From an uncultured cyanobacterium (GTDB lineage Bacteria; Cyanobacteriota; Cyanobacteriia; CAKZMO01): DNA of 64,000 nt. The notes under the pieces are model-generated. The model was given only the letters and a program-made list of their open reading frames with translations, searched no databases and had not been told where the DNA came from. Both the position numbers and the translations under genes were made by a program. The stretch covers positions 64,001 through 128,000 of the forward strand of contig CAVRCJ010000007.1 of NCBI GenBank assembly GCA_963719515.1, read 5' to 3'. This document shows, in pieces, positions 28,386 to 39,314 of the stretch; within the stretch, counting starts at the first letter, position 1; every line of letters starts with the position of its first letter.

Positions 28386-28421
28386 TAAGGCCCCAAAACT
28401 GCCTCAAGAGGCGATCGCACT

Positions 28422-30089
28422 CTACTCTTGGAGCGTGACCGGCAGCCTCACCTCAAAGCACGTCTGATTCGCTTGGCTCTCAACCTGAATCGAGCCTCCC
28501 AGACAGTGAGTCAATCGCTTTGTCAACGCCAGCCCTAGTCCTGTGCCGCCGTGCTTCCAGCGATCGGCCCCTAGCACCCGATAAAAGGCGTCAAAAACGC
28601 AGGGCAGTTCGTCGCTTGGGATCTCAATGCCTGTATTGCGCAGGCGAACGCACAGGATTCGGGAGGGTTGAGTAGAACCAGACAACTCGACAGGGTCTGC
28701 CTCTGTCGCCGGTGCCTCTGCTGGCATATCTGTCGTTGCGGCCGCCTGGTGGAGCGCTACGGTTATCTCAATCGTTTCTCCTTCTGGCGTGTACTTGCAG
28801 GCGTTGCTCAACAGTTCAGCGATGATTCGCCGCAAAGCGCTGTGATCCGAGATTAGCGTTGGCAATTGAGCTGGCACATTCACCTGAAATAGCCGCTCGC
28901 GTTGACGTACTCGGCCTTCAAAGGCCGCTAAAATTTGGGACAGCCAGCTCGGTAAATCAAGAGGCTGTAGGTCCAGCTGATAGCCCTCTGTATTAAGTCG
29001 CTGAAGATCTAATAAGTCATTGATTAAATCTATTTCTTGACTACACTGACTGCGCAGAATCTTGAGATAATGCGCTGCTGAATTTTGCGCTTGAGGTTCT
29101 TGTGCTAAAAAGCCTTGCTTGTCCATCGCAATTTCGAGCATCTCAACCGCCATTTTAATATTGGTTAGGGGAGAGCGGAGCTCGTGGGAAACGGTAGACA
29201 CAAAATCATCTTTGAGTCGGTTGAGGCGTTCGAGTTCAGCATTGCGGCGTTCGAGCTGCTGGGCTTGCTCAATTGCCCGCTGCCGCTTCTGGGCTTGCTT
29301 GAAGACGGTGATGTCGCGAAAGATAGCCACGGCCCCCGTAACGGTGCCTGACTCATTGACGAGAGGCGCTACGCTATCGGCGACTGGGCGCTCATTGCCT
29401 GCTTTGTCAATCAGTAAAACGCCATCGACCAGGTGTACAACAGCGCTTTTCCGTAGGGCAATGGTCACGGGGTTCTCAACGGGCTCCCGGGTGCTTTCAT
29501 AAATCAGCGGAAACACCTCTTCTACTGAGCGGTCGTAGGCGTCCTGCCGGGCCCAGCCGGTGAGAGCTTCGGCAGCAGGATTAAAAAACCGAACGCGATG
29601 CTGAGTGTCAAAGACGATAACGGCATCGCCCATACTTTGCAGAACGATGGTCAGCCATTGCTCGTGCTGGTGAAGCTGCTTCTCTAGCTCGTAGCGGTTG
29701 AGGGCGGTTTCAATCGCCACCATCAAATCTTGTTCTCGAAAGGGTTTTATCAGATAGCCAAAGGGTGCAGTCGCCTTGACCCGGTCTAATGTTTCGGCAT
29801 CGGAGTAGACGGTGCTGTACACCACCGGAATTCTCAGCTCTGACCAGATAGTTTGGGCGGCGGCTATGCCGTCTAGTTCTCCCTCTAGCCCAATATCCAT
29901 TAAAACCAAACTCGGGCGAAGTCGTCTCGCCTGAGCGATCGCCTCTTCGCCGGAGATGGAAATGCCTAAGACCTCATAGCCAAAGCTTTCAGCAATCTCT
30001 TTTATATCTCTGGCAATCAGCCTCTCATCCTCCACGATTAAAACGCGAACCACCGCCGTATTGCGCGAGCTAGAGGACAGGTCGATCAT
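28422..30089 (-). CDS. Hybrid kinase REC-PAS-HisKA-HATPase
   Basis: VLIVEDE..LMDI..KP; FNPAAEALTGW; SHELRSPL; NACKYT; GGTGLGL. Confidence 0.93.
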   Translation of the reverse strand: MIDLSSSSRNTAVVRVLIVEDERLIARDIKEIAESFGYEVLGISISGEEAIAQARRLRPSLVLMDIGLEGELDGIAAAQTIWSELRIPVVYSTVYSDAETLDRVKATAPFGYLIKPFREQDLMVAIETALNRYELEKQLHQHEQWLTIVLQSMGDAVIVFDTQHRVRFFNPAAEALTGWARQDAYDRSVEEVFPLIYESTREPVENPVTIALRKSAVVHLVDGVLLIDKAGNERPVADSVAPLVNESGTVTGAVAIFRDITVFKQAQKRQRAIEQAQQLERRNAELERLNRLKDDFVSTVSHELRSPLTNIKMAVEMLEIAMDKQGFLAQEPQAQNSAAHYLKILRSQCSQEIDLINDLLDLQRLNTEGYQLDLQPLDLPSWLSQILAAFEGRVRQRERLFQVNVPAQLPTLISDHSALRRIIAELLSNACKYTPEGETIEITVALHQAAATTDMPAEAPATEADPVELSGSTQPSRILCVRLRNTGIEIPSDELPCVFDAFYRVLGADRWKHGGTGLGLALTKRLTHCLGGSIQVESQANQTCFEVRLPVTLQE

Positions 30090-31624
30090 GATATGTGCCT
30101 CCGTGAGAAGGCAATCTGAAATTCGGTATTTGGATGATGACGAAGCAGGATTTCTCCTCTCAGCTGCTGGGTAAAATCTTGAACAAGCTCTAGGCCTAGG
30201 GTCTGGGCCTGGGCTAAATCAAACCCCTCTGGAAATCCGATACCGTTGTCTTTTACAAAGAGATAAACCATTTCATTTGAATCAACTCGTAGCTCAATTT
30301 CGACATCTCCCGATCGCTGATTGGGAAAAGCATAGCTAATCGCATTGGTTATCAATTCCGTAATGATCAGGCCACAGTAAATGGCCTGGCGGATATCGAT
30401 CTTTACCGGGTCAATCTGAAAGCGTAAGCGAATTAACTGCGGATTTACTTTATAGGCTTTGAATAGGTTCTCGACTAAGTTGGTAATGTACTGGTATAAA
30501 TCAACAGAAGCCAGCTGCTTTGTGCTGTAAAGATTCTCGTGAACTAGAGCGATCGCCAGGATGCGATTTTGGCTCTCCTGCAGAACTCTAATCAACTCTG
30601 GATGCTTGACCCGGCGGCTTTGCAGCCTCAATAAACTAAGAAACACTGCCAGATTGTTTTTGACGCGGTGATGGATCTCCCGCATCAGCGCTCGCTGTTC
30701 AACTAGCGCCTCATTGAGCTCCTGCTCAACTTGTTTTTGAGCGGTGATATGTTGATGAATCTCCTGCATCAACACTTGCTGTATGACTAGCGCCTCATTG
30801 AGGTCTTGCTCGACGTTTTGACTATCTTGATCAGCGTTTTGATCGGCAGCGTCTCGTCCGGCGGGCTGCTGGCTAATCTGATAGGCATTCAGGGTAAAAA
30901 GACTGAAGAGAACGAAACAGCTGCAGGTGACGCTAATAGCGACTGCATACTCTGAGCTATACCACTCGCGTAAATGTCCCTGCTGCGCCAAAAACGTAAT
31001 GGCCGGTACAGCCAAAACCAGCGGCAGCGTACGGCGCAGCAGCACACCGCCTAAGGTGTCGCTCAACAGGAGCGCTAGCCAGCCTTTGTGGACGTTAAAG
31101 CCAAGCACGCCAGCGCTTAGGCCAATGTAGCCCAGAGCCGTTTGGATTGCCATTTCCGGCCCTGACCCAAAGTTATAGAGTTCGGGTGCATTGAACAGGT
31201 AGCCCCAGAGCGCAACAAGTCCAAGCACGCCGGGCAACACCGCTAAGCTTTGCGTGATTGACCACGAGACGGGATAGTGCAGCGCGATCAATGCTCCCCC
31301 CAACGGCACAAACCCATACTCGGCTAGCGCTGTCCCTCCTAGCCCAGTCATCAGACTCGCCGCGAGAAGGCTGATCACCTGATACAGCCATCGACGTTTA
31401 AGCACGGCTATCGTGGTTGCCTGGGCAAAGGCTAAAGATATTCCTGCCATCAGGAAGCAAGATGCGGTATTGACCGTCACTGCTGGCAGACCCTGCACGA
31501 CGCTGTTGAGCACCTGATTGCCAGAAATCCACCCGACGATAATCAAGATTCCCATGCCAATCAGTCCCAGACTGACAAACCAGGGCAACGCCCTGAAGAC
31601 AAACCGATCATCCGCTTCGCCCAT
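30086..31624 (-). CDS. Membrane sensor histidine kinase (HisKA_2 type)
   Basis: Multiple TM segments; EIHHRVKNNL, ELITNAISYAF, DNGIG, TLGL; ATGA overlap with the downstream gene. Confidence 0.92.
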   Translation of the reverse strand: MGEADDRFVFRALPWFVSLGLIGMGILIIVGWISGNQVLNSVVQGLPAVTVNTASCFLMAGISLAFAQATTIAVLKRRWLYQVISLLAASLMTGLGGTALAEYGFVPLGGALIALHYPVSWSITQSLAVLPGVLGLVALWGYLFNAPELYNFGSGPEMAIQTALGYIGLSAGVLGFNVHKGWLALLLSDTLGGVLLRRTLPLVLAVPAITFLAQQGHLREWYSSEYAVAISVTCSCFVLFSLFTLNAYQISQQPAGRDAADQNADQDSQNVEQDLNEALVIQQVLMQEIHQHITAQKQVEQELNEALVEQRALMREIHHRVKNNLAVFLSLLRLQSRRVKHPELIRVLQESQNRILAIALVHENLYSTKQLASVDLYQYITNLVENLFKAYKVNPQLIRLRFQIDPVKIDIRQAIYCGLIITELITNAISYAFPNQRSGDVEIELRVDSNEMVYLFVKDNGIGFPEGFDLAQAQTLGLELVQDFTQQLRGEILLRHHPNTEFQIAFSRRHIS

Positions 31625-31809
31625 CTAACTCGTTCGTTCCCAGTAAAGGATCAAGATACCCCAACGCGACGCTGGACTAACCATGAGCCTCTTCAAAATG
31701 CCCAAGTCTTTCTCCTAAATCACCGGCAGCCCCGCAAAAATTGATATAAAGTAAGACGCTTTGAGTCAACGCTCCCAGCGTCATAGCGTTGATGGCGCTC
31801 AGGTTTCTG

Positions 31810-31965
31810 GTCAGCCGCCCGCCCGACAGCACGTCGACGCTGGCGGCGGCCTTGGCCACATGGGCCGGGTGTCGCAGCGGCAGAATGAGGCTGGCCCGCG
31901 ATCGCTTTCGATAGTTTATGTGCTGGGAGGCCATTGACCAGGGTATCCGCAATGGCCTCCATCAA
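31810..31965 (-). pseudogene. Luciferase-like monooxygenase (LLM) remnant
   Basis: SLILPLRHPAHVAKAAASVDVLSGGRL fragment only. Confidence 0.7.
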
Positions 31966-32002
31966 TGCGTAAGCCCTAATAGATATTCCGCTACGCCCAA
32001 CG

Positions 32003-33016
32003 TTACGCCGCAGCCAAACCTTCCAGCACCGTCTTCCCGATCGCCTTGCCGCTCTCCTGCAGTTCGTGGGCTGCCCGCAGATTCTCCACCGTCAAAGCGC
32101 TCCCATGGTTGTTAACGGTGGAGATCAGCGTGCCGTCATCCAGCAGCGCCGAAACCCGGTTTAGCAGCTTGTGCTGCATGTCCATATCCTCTGTCTGAAA
32201 CATCGGACGGGTAAACATAAACTCCCAGCTTAAAGATAGCGCCTTGCTCTTAATCGGCACCACATCCAGCGACCTCGGGTCGTCGATTAGGGCAATGTGG
32301 CCCCGAGGCTTAATCAGCGCTTGAATCGCCTCGTAGTGGCTGCCGGTATGGGTAAGCGCGGCCACATAGCGCGGCGAAATCCCCAGAGCCTTCATCTCCT
32401 CGTCCAGCGGGTTGTGGTGATTGACGATGTGGTCCGCCCCCATCTTTTCCGACCACTCTCGGGTATCGTCGCGGGACGCCGTGGCAATCACCGTCAGCTT
32501 CGTGAGCTGCTTCGCGAGCTGGGTCAAAATAGACCCCACGCCGCCAGCGCCGCCGATGATCAGCAGGGCCTCGCCCGCCCCTTCCCCCTCCTTCAGCCCA
32601 AAGCTATCGAACAGGATTTCCCAGGCCGTAATGCTGGTCAGCGGCAGGCCTGCCGCTTCGGTAAACCCCAGCGACGACGGCTTACGGCCCACAATACGCT
32701 CATCCACCAGGTGGAACTCGGCATTGGTGCCGGGCCGGGTGATGTCGCCCGCGTAGAACACCTCGTCGCCGGGCTGAAACCGCGTCACCTGAGCGCCAAC
32801 CGCTTTCACAACCCCGGCAGCGTCGAAGCCCAGGATGCGGGAGCCATCCTTCAGCTGAACGCTGGCCCGCACCTTGGTATCCACCGGATTCACCGAGACC
32901 CCGCGCACTTCCACCAGCAGGTCGTTCGGGCCGGGCTGGGGCTTGTCGACCTCAACCTCAATCAGAGCGTTTTCCGCTGAGATTGGCCCTGCGTCTGTGT
33001 AAGCGATCGCTTTCAT
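32003..33016 (-). CDS. Zinc-binding alcohol dehydrogenase family / quinone oxidoreductase (MDR)
   Basis: [39 protein letters not shown]. Confidence 0.92.
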   Translation of the reverse strand: MKAIAYTDAGPISAENALIEVEVDKPQPGPNDLLVEVRGVSVNPVDTKVRASVQLKDGSRILGFDAAGVVKAVGAQVTRFQPGDEVFYAGDITRPGTNAEFHLVDERIVGRKPSSLGFTEAAGLPLTSITAWEILFDSFGLKEGEGAGEALLIIGGAGGVGSILTQLAKQLTKLTVIATASRDDTREWSEKMGADHIVNHHNPLDEEMKALGISPRYVAALTHTGSHYEAIQALIKPRGHIALIDDPRSLDVVPIKSKALSLSWEFMFTRPMFQTEDMDMQHKLLNRVSALLDDGTLISTVNNHGSALTVENLRAAHELQESGKAIGKTVLEGLAAA

Positions 33017-33124
33017 CGTTATGCCTCCTTGCACTCTATGGGAAACGTTACGAGCATGATAGCCATTCGCGAAAAAATGATAATCAGGCTTTTCGCGAAA
33101 TGATAGTTCGGATATTTTTGATAA

Positions 33125-34006
33125 ATGGATATCTTATCGCTCCGCTTATTCCTAAGAATTGCAGAACTCGGCGGCGTCTCGGCGGCGGCGTACGACCTGT
33201 CTCTTTCCCCCGCCAGCGCCAGCGCTCGCCTGGTCAAACTCGAGGAAACCGTCGGATTTCGGCTATTCAATAGAACAACCCGGGCCGTGTCATTGACAAC
33301 CGACGGCGAGGCATTTTTGCCCTACGCTCAGCAGACCCTAGAAACGCTAGAAGCCGGTCTAAGCGCGGTCAGAGGTCAGGGAGCGGAGGTGCAGGGTTTA
33401 TTGAGAATGACCCTGCCCGGCTCCTTTGGCCGCATGTACATTATTCCAGCACTAGCCGAGTTCCAGGCCCACTATCCGCTTGTCCGCCTCGACCTGCGGC
33501 TCTCTGACGAAGTCCTTGACGTCGTCGAGGGCGCTTACGACCTGATTATCCGCAATGCCAGCCTGGCCGACAGCAGCCTCATCGCGCGAAGGCTAGCCTC
33601 CGACCGGCGGCTGCTCGTGGCTTCTCCCGCCTATCTCAAACAGCACGGCGCTCCCGCAACGCCTCACGACCTCACCCAGCACCGCTGCATCACCTTTACT
33701 GAGAGCAACAGGTGGAAGTTTGAGGACCAGACCGTTAGCGTTCCCCGCACAATCGCGGTCAACGATGGCGAGGCCATGCGCAAACTGATCGAGCAGGGCA
33801 TGGGCATCGGCATCAAGTCCCTCTGGAACGCCAGCGAAAGTTTGAAGTCCGGACTCCTCGCCCAGGTGCTGCCGGAATACCCGCTGGTCACGGAAGCCTC
33901 TATTTGGGCCCTCTATCCCAGTCGCCGCATCGTGGCCCCGAAGGTTCGAGCCATGCTCGACTTTCTAGTGGAACGGTTTCAGCCCGTCCCACCGTGGGAA
34001 CGCTGA
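33125..34006 (+). CDS. LysR-family regulator (CrgA-like), divergent from the MDR gene
   Basis: [29 protein letters not shown]...[11 protein letters not shown]. Confidence 0.95.
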   Translation: MDILSLRLFLRIAELGGVSAAAYDLSLSPASASARLVKLEETVGFRLFNRTTRAVSLTTDGEAFLPYAQQTLETLEAGLSAVRGQGAEVQGLLRMTLPGSFGRMYIIPALAEFQAHYPLVRLDLRLSDEVLDVVEGAYDLIIRNASLADSSLIARRLASDRRLLVASPAYLKQHGAPATPHDLTQHRCITFTESNRWKFEDQTVSVPRTIAVNDGEAMRKLIEQGMGIGIKSLWNASESLKSGLLAQVLPEYPLVTEASIWALYPSRRIVAPKVRAMLDFLVERFQPVPPWER

Positions 34007-34025
34007 GGCATCAGCAAAGCCTACT

Positions 34026-34616
34026 TCAGCGCCCCGCGTACCGCTCTTCCTTCCAAGGATCTCCCCGACGGTGGTACCCGTTTCGCTCCCAAAACCCCAG
34101 CGCTTCCTCGTCCAAAAACTCCAGCCCGCTAATCCACTTGGCGCTCTTCCAGGCGTAGAGATGGGGCACCACCACCCGCAGCGGCCCGCCGTGGTCCGGC
34201 GGCAGCGGCTCACCGTCGAGCTCATGGGCAAAAAAGTTCTCCTCCCGCACAAAGTCATCCAGGGGAAGATTCGTCGTATAGTCCCCGTAGCAGTGCAGCA
34301 TCACGTGGCTCGCGCTGGGCTGCACCTCCAGCTGCGCCATCACGTCCGTTACCTTGATGCCGCGCCAGGTCACATCTAGCTTCGACCAGCGGGTCACGCA
34401 GTGAAAATCCTGAGTAAATTCGGTTTGCGGCAGGGCCATTATTTCCTCCCAGCCAAAGGCGTGGGGCGTAGCGCTGCCCCACACCTTGAGCTGCCAGGTT
34501 TCTTTGCTCACCGGGGGCGTTGACCCATAGGTGAGCACCGGGAACCCCTTGGTCAAAAATTGCCCCGGCGGAGTGCGATCGCCCATTTCAGGGCCGGGTT
34601 TTTCAAAAAATTTCAT
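34026..34616 (-). CDS. Sulfite-oxidase-like molybdopterin oxidoreductase
   Basis: PPGQ, DFHCVTRWS, HGGPLRVVVPHLYAWKSAKW, GFWERNGYH. Confidence 0.9.
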   Translation of the reverse strand: MKFFEKPGPEMGDRTPPGQFLTKGFPVLTYGSTPPVSKETWQLKVWGSATPHAFGWEEIMALPQTEFTQDFHCVTRWSKLDVTWRGIKVTDVMAQLEVQPSASHVMLHCYGDYTTNLPLDDFVREENFFAHELDGEPLPPDHGGPLRVVVPHLYAWKSAKWISGLEFLDEEALGFWERNGYHRRGDPWKEERYAGR

Positions 34617-34795
34617 GCCGAAGTACGAAGTAGGGGTGGCAACGGACATCTTTTCGGACCGTCTAGCCGATTCTAAACCCGTCTGCGCGAAGATACCACC
34701 CCGTCCGGTCGAGCAGACTTTGCTGACACGTGCGGGGGCACAGCGATACTATTGATGCTAAACCTGCCCCTTCTGCCCCTTCCGCATCTGAACCT

Positions 34796-35866
34796 ATGTC
34801 CTCGACCGCCACGCCCGACCTCAGCGCCTACGACTGGCCCAGCCTTCTGCAGCAGCTATTGGACCAAGAGTCTCTGACCATCGAGCAGGCCTCTACCCTC
34901 ATGCAGGGCTGGCTAACCGAGGCCATTTCTCCCGTTTTATCAGGGGCTATTCTCGCCGCCATCCAGGCTAAAAACGTGTCGCCCACCGAGCTAGCGGGCA
35001 TGGCCCAGGTACTTCAAAGCCAGTCCCAACCGAAGACCAAAACCGACTTTCCCACGCCGCTGATAGACACCTGCGGCACCGGGGGAGACGGAGCCTCCAC
35101 GTTCAATATTTCCACCGCCGTTGCCTTCGTCGCCGCAGCGGCAGGCATTCCCGTCGCCAAGCACGGCAACCGCGCCGCCTCCAGCAAAGTGGGGTCCGCC
35201 GATGTGCTCGAAGGGCTAGGGATCAACCTCCGCGCTCCCCTAGAAAAAGTAGAAGCCGCCGTTGAGACGGTGGGGATAACGTTTTTGTTTGCCCCCGGCT
35301 GGCACCCGGCGATGAAGTCGGTAGTGCCCTTCCGCAAAGCGCTAAAAGTGCGCACGGTGTTCAATCTTTTGGGGCCATTGGTCAACCCGCTGCCGATTAC
35401 CGGCCAGGTAATAGGGGTCTACCATCCCGGCTTGGTGTCCACGGTTGCCCAGGCGCTCCAGCTTTTGGGGCGTCCCCAGGCCATCGTCCTCCATGCCCAA
35501 GAGGGACTAGACGAGGCGGGTCTCGCGGATGTCACCCACATGGCGACGGTGTGGCGCAACCAGGTCACACCCGTGACGCTCAAGCCAAGTGACTTAGGAA
35601 TTGCGCAGTCCCCGACCTCAGCGCTAAAAGGCGGCGACCTTCAGGAGAATATAGACATCTTAAAGGCCGTGCTTAAGGGCAAAGGCACTCAGGCTCAGCA
35701 GGACGTGGTGGCCCTTAACGCAGCGCTAGCCCTGACCACCGCCGGAGAGGTCGGTGAGCCAGGGCTAGCAACGTATCAGACTCAGCTCGAGCGGGCCCGC
35801 TCGATTCTCTCTAGCGGTGCGGCTTGGGAGAAGGTGGAGGCCTTAATCGAAGCGCTGAAAGATTGA
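34796..35866 (+). CDS. trpD: Anthranilate phosphoribosyltransferase
   Basis: [37 protein letters not shown]. Confidence 0.96.
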   Translation: MSSTATPDLSAYDWPSLLQQLLDQESLTIEQASTLMQGWLTEAISPVLSGAILAAIQAKNVSPTELAGMAQVLQSQSQPKTKTDFPTPLIDTCGTGGDGASTFNISTAVAFVAAAAGIPVAKHGNRAASSKVGSADVLEGLGINLRAPLEKVEAAVETVGITFLFAPGWHPAMKSVVPFRKALKVRTVFNLLGPLVNPLPITGQVIGVYHPGLVSTVAQALQLLGRPQAIVLHAQEGLDEAGLADVTHMATVWRNQVTPVTLKPSDLGIAQSPTSALKGGDLQENIDILKAVLKGKGTQAQQDVVALNAALALTTAGEVGEPGLATYQTQLERARSILSSGAAWEKVEALIEALKD

Positions 35867-35897
35867 GGTGTTAAAAATTTGAGGCACTAAAAAGTTA

Positions 35898-35934
35898 AGG
35901 GAGCGATCGCCTTTTATTTCAGCGATCGCTCCCT
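35898..35934. terminator. Hairpin between convergent trpD and crhR (probable bidirectional terminator)
   Basis: AGGGAGCGATCGC-11 nt-GCGATCGCTCCCT, perfect 13-bp stem. Confidence 0.7.
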
Positions 35935-35953
35935 CAACCTAATCTAGTCGGAC

Positions 35954-37366
35954 CTAGTTGTGCTTAGAAGAGACAGAGTCCCGAGAGTCCCGGCTGCGGC
36001 GCGGGCTGGGGCGGCCACCCCGGCGCGATCGCGGCTTGGGCGTCGACATCGACTCGTGGTCAACCCGCGTTTGCACGGGGCGAATCTTGTCGTAGGCCAT
36101 CTGCAGCGCGGCGGCGGCTACAGTGTGGGGCTCGTAGTTTTCGCTCAGCTGGGCCACGATGGGCAAGAACGAGGCGACCCGCTCGCCGACGAGCACTTCC
36201 TCAATCTGAGACTTGAGCTTTTGCAGGTGACGAGCCTCGATGTCAGCGCGGGTGGGGATGTTGGCCCACTCCAGCTTTTGCCGGGTGTGGTTCTCAATGT
36301 CGCGAATCTTGCGCTTGTCGAGGGGGTGCACCAGGGTGATGGCAGCGCCCTCCTTCCCGGCTCGGCCCGTGCGGCCAATGCGGTGAACGTAGTTCTCGAC
36401 GCTGTCGGGCAGGTCGTAGTTGATGACGTGGGTGAGGTCTTCAACGTGCAGACCCCGCGCCGCGATGTCAGTGGCCACGACCCAGCGCACCTGGCGCTGC
36501 TTAAAGCGCAGCATCAGCCGCTCCCGCTGAGACTGACTCAGGTCGCCGTGGTATTCGTCGACGCTGTGGCCCGCGGCCTGCAGCTGCCGGGTGAGGTCTG
36601 CTGCGGTGCGGCGGGTGCGCACAAAGACAATGGCAGATTCAGGGTCTTCCATTTCGAGGATGGGCTGCAGCGCTCGGGCCTTGCTCCAGCCGCGAGGCAG
36701 CATGTAGGCCGTCTCCACAACCCGGCTGGGCGTGGCCTGGGGCTGCTCAACGGTGATGGTGACGGGCGATCGCAGGAACTTCGCGGCCAGCGCCCGAACT
36801 GCGGGGGCCATGGTGGCCGAGAAGAAGGCGGTTTGGCGCTCTGAAGGAGCCTGGGCCAAAATGCGTTCGACGTCTTGGATGAAGCCCATGTTGAGCATCT
36901 CGTCCGCCTCGTCAAGCACGAGCCACTCTAGGGTGTCGAGCTTTAGCTCACCTCGATTGAGCAGGTCTAGAATGCGCCCCGGCGTGCCGACAACAATCTG
37001 AGTGCCGCGTCGCAGCTGCTTAATTTGCCGGTCGATGGCCTGGCCGCCGTATACCGACAGCACGTGGACGCGGCGATCGTCGTTGAAGCCGCGAATGGCC
37101 TGATAGACCTGCTGTGCCAGCTCGCGGGTGGGCGTGAGAACCAGCGCCTGCACCCCTTTAGCGTTGGGGTCAACTTGCTCTAGCAGCGGCAGCGCAAAGG
37201 CCGCCGTTTTGCCGGTTCCCGTTTGGGCCTGGCCGACAACGTCTCTACCTGCTAAAAGCGGCGGGATCGCCTCTGCCTGAATTGCAGTGGGCTGCGTATA
37301 TCCCACTTTCTCAAGGGATTGTACGCGGGCTTCTGAGAGGCCCAAGGTGTTAAATGACAAGTCCAT
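35954..37366 (-). CDS. crhR: DEAD-box RNA helicase
   Basis: AQTGTGKT, PTRELA, DEAD, SAT, HRIGRTGRAG; directly downstream of rimO. Confidence 0.92.
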   Translation of the reverse strand: MDLSFNTLGLSEARVQSLEKVGYTQPTAIQAEAIPPLLAGRDVVGQAQTGTGKTAAFALPLLEQVDPNAKGVQALVLTPTRELAQQVYQAIRGFNDDRRVHVLSVYGGQAIDRQIKQLRRGTQIVVGTPGRILDLLNRGELKLDTLEWLVLDEADEMLNMGFIQDVERILAQAPSERQTAFFSATMAPAVRALAAKFLRSPVTITVEQPQATPSRVVETAYMLPRGWSKARALQPILEMEDPESAIVFVRTRRTAADLTRQLQAAGHSVDEYHGDLSQSQRERLMLRFKQRQVRWVVATDIAARGLHVEDLTHVINYDLPDSVENYVHRIGRTGRAGKEGAAITLVHPLDKRKIRDIENHTRQKLEWANIPTRADIEARHLQKLKSQIEEVLVGERVASFLPIVAQLSENYEPHTVAAAALQMAYDKIRPVQTRVDHESMSTPKPRSRRGGRPSPRRSRDSRDSVSSKHN

Positions 37367-37380
37367 CCGTGTCTCCTGTA

Positions 37381-38742
37381 TTAAATAGTCGAGACACGTC
37401 GGAGCGCGCCTCTAAGCTGAGTTTGAGGGTTTGCAACATGACCGTACAGGTCGTAGATATCTGCATGGGTAATTTCGGCAGGCACAATGCTGCCGAGCGG
37501 GGCGCTGCCTTCGAGATAGACTACCCCATCGACGTCAGGCGCAAATCGCGCCGAGCGGCCTACAAGCTGCCCAGTTCCGGGGTGCTCTTGCTCGACAAGA
37601 ACATCGACAACATGGCCTACCTCAGCAGCATTCCTCTCTTGAGAAATGGGCTGCTGAATTAGCATCAGCCGTTCTAAACGGTCGTCCATTACGGCTTGAG
37701 GCACAGGGTTCGGCAGACTGTACGCCGCCGTTCCCTCTTCTGGAGAGAAGGTGAATCCCCCGACATGGTCAAACCGATGGCGCTGAACAAACTGCAGCAG
37801 GTGCTCGAACTGCGCGTCGGTTTCACCGGGAAATCCGACAATGAACGTTGTGCGCAACACCGCATCGGGGAGCTCTGCCTTGAGAGCTTCGATAACCCTA
37901 TCGTTGACCTGTCCCTGCCAAGGCCGATTCATGGCCTTGAGAACATCGGGGTGAGAATGCTGTAGAGGCAAGTCTAAATAAGGTAGCACATTGGGCGTGT
38001 CTTTGATGGCGGCAATCACCTCAGGCGTGAGGCCGGTGGGATAGGCATAGTGCATGCGAATCCAGGGAACCTCCACCTCACCCAAAGCCCGCAGCAGCTC
38101 GGCTAGCTGCGGCTTGCCGTAGCGATCGAGCCCGTAGTTGGTGGTAATTTGAGAAATAAGCACCAGCTCTTGGACGCCCTGAGCCGCTAGGTCAGTGGCC
38201 TCCGCCACAATGGATTCAATAGAGCGCGATCGCTGCTTGCCGCGCAGGGTGGGAATAATGCAGAAGGCGCAGCGATAGTCGCACCCCTCCGCTACCCGCA
38301 GGTAGGCCGTTCCCTCGGCGGTGGTTCGGTAGCGAGGTACGGTCTCGTCGGCAATATAGGTGGGCTGCTGGGAAATTTCTTTAACCCGCTCCCCCTGCTC
38401 CACCCGCTCGATTACCTCGACAATTTTTTGGTAATCTCCAGTGCCCACCACCGCCACCGCTTCGGGGATCTCCTCCAGCAGCTCTTCTTGAAAATGCTGC
38501 GCCATACAGCCTGCAATGACGACCTTTTTGCCCGCCTCGGCTAGCTCAACTAAAGCCTTCACAGACTCCTCGCGAGCCGCTTGAATGAAGCTGCAGGTGT
38601 TGACGACGACATAATCAGCCTCGTCTTCAGGGTTGCCCACCTCGTAGCCCGACTGCGCGAGCAGACCTAACATATGCTCGGTGTCGATCCTGTTTTTCTC
38701 ACACCCCAAGTGGGAGATGGCAACCGTTGGCTTTGTGCCCAT
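37381..38742 (-). CDS. rimO: Ribosomal protein S12 methylthiotransferase
   Basis: [24 protein letters not shown] radical SAM motif, TRAM domain. Confidence 0.96.
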   Translation of the reverse strand: MGTKPTVAISHLGCEKNRIDTEHMLGLLAQSGYEVGNPEDEADYVVVNTCSFIQAAREESVKALVELAEAGKKVVIAGCMAQHFQEELLEEIPEAVAVVGTGDYQKIVEVIERVEQGERVKEISQQPTYIADETVPRYRTTAEGTAYLRVAEGCDYRCAFCIIPTLRGKQRSRSIESIVAEATDLAAQGVQELVLISQITTNYGLDRYGKPQLAELLRALGEVEVPWIRMHYAYPTGLTPEVIAAIKDTPNVLPYLDLPLQHSHPDVLKAMNRPWQGQVNDRVIEALKAELPDAVLRTTFIVGFPGETDAQFEHLLQFVQRHRFDHVGGFTFSPEEGTAAYSLPNPVPQAVMDDRLERLMLIQQPISQERNAAEVGHVVDVLVEQEHPGTGQLVGRSARFAPDVDGVVYLEGSAPLGSIVPAEITHADIYDLYGHVANPQTQLRGALRRVSTI

Positions 38743-39314
38743 AGACTCCTAAACTTACTTCTTTACTAGACGCGAAACTAATAGTGATTACAGCGTCGAT
38801 AACACTCTGTTCAACCCGATTGGGCGATCGCCCGGTTCGCATCAGTTCTTTTAGGGCGCTTCAAGCGGTGCACCTGCAGGACCTGATTGGCCCATTGGGA
38901 GCGCCGAAGAGCGCGCCGATAATTGACCCGACTCGTCATCAGATTGCCTAGCCGACTCTCCAACAGCGTTTGAGCCTTTTGGCTGACGACATATGCAAGC
39001 CGTATGGGTCTGTTGTTGGATAAGTTATGTAAACAACGCTTCTGGACCATCCTATCGTAAAAATACATAACAATGTGATCGACTTTGAGGAAGTCGTGAT
39101 AGAAGGGTTTGACTTGCCGGTGCCGAACTGAGGCTGAGTCCCGGGGACGCGTGCCGTCGGCGCTGCCGGAAGAAACTGGATGGAGGTCGCTTTGCTGCCA
39201 ATTATTCGATAGGATCTGGAGTGGCCCTATTAGGCTTTCAAGATAAGCTTTCAAGACGCTCTTTGAAACCATTGGACCTTTGACCTCAGACCGTGTGGGC
39301 TAACGTGGAGATAC

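Noticed and set aside
35960..36844. 294-aa ORF on the + strand
   Set aside because: Antisense shadow of the GC3-rich crhR gene with no motifs. The same applies to 32297-32980, 53693-54316, 53724-54503 and most short track ORFs.
38811..39272. 153-aa ORF between rimO and btpA
   Set aside because: No family motif or clear RBS; more likely a divergent promoter region. An sRNA cannot be excluded.
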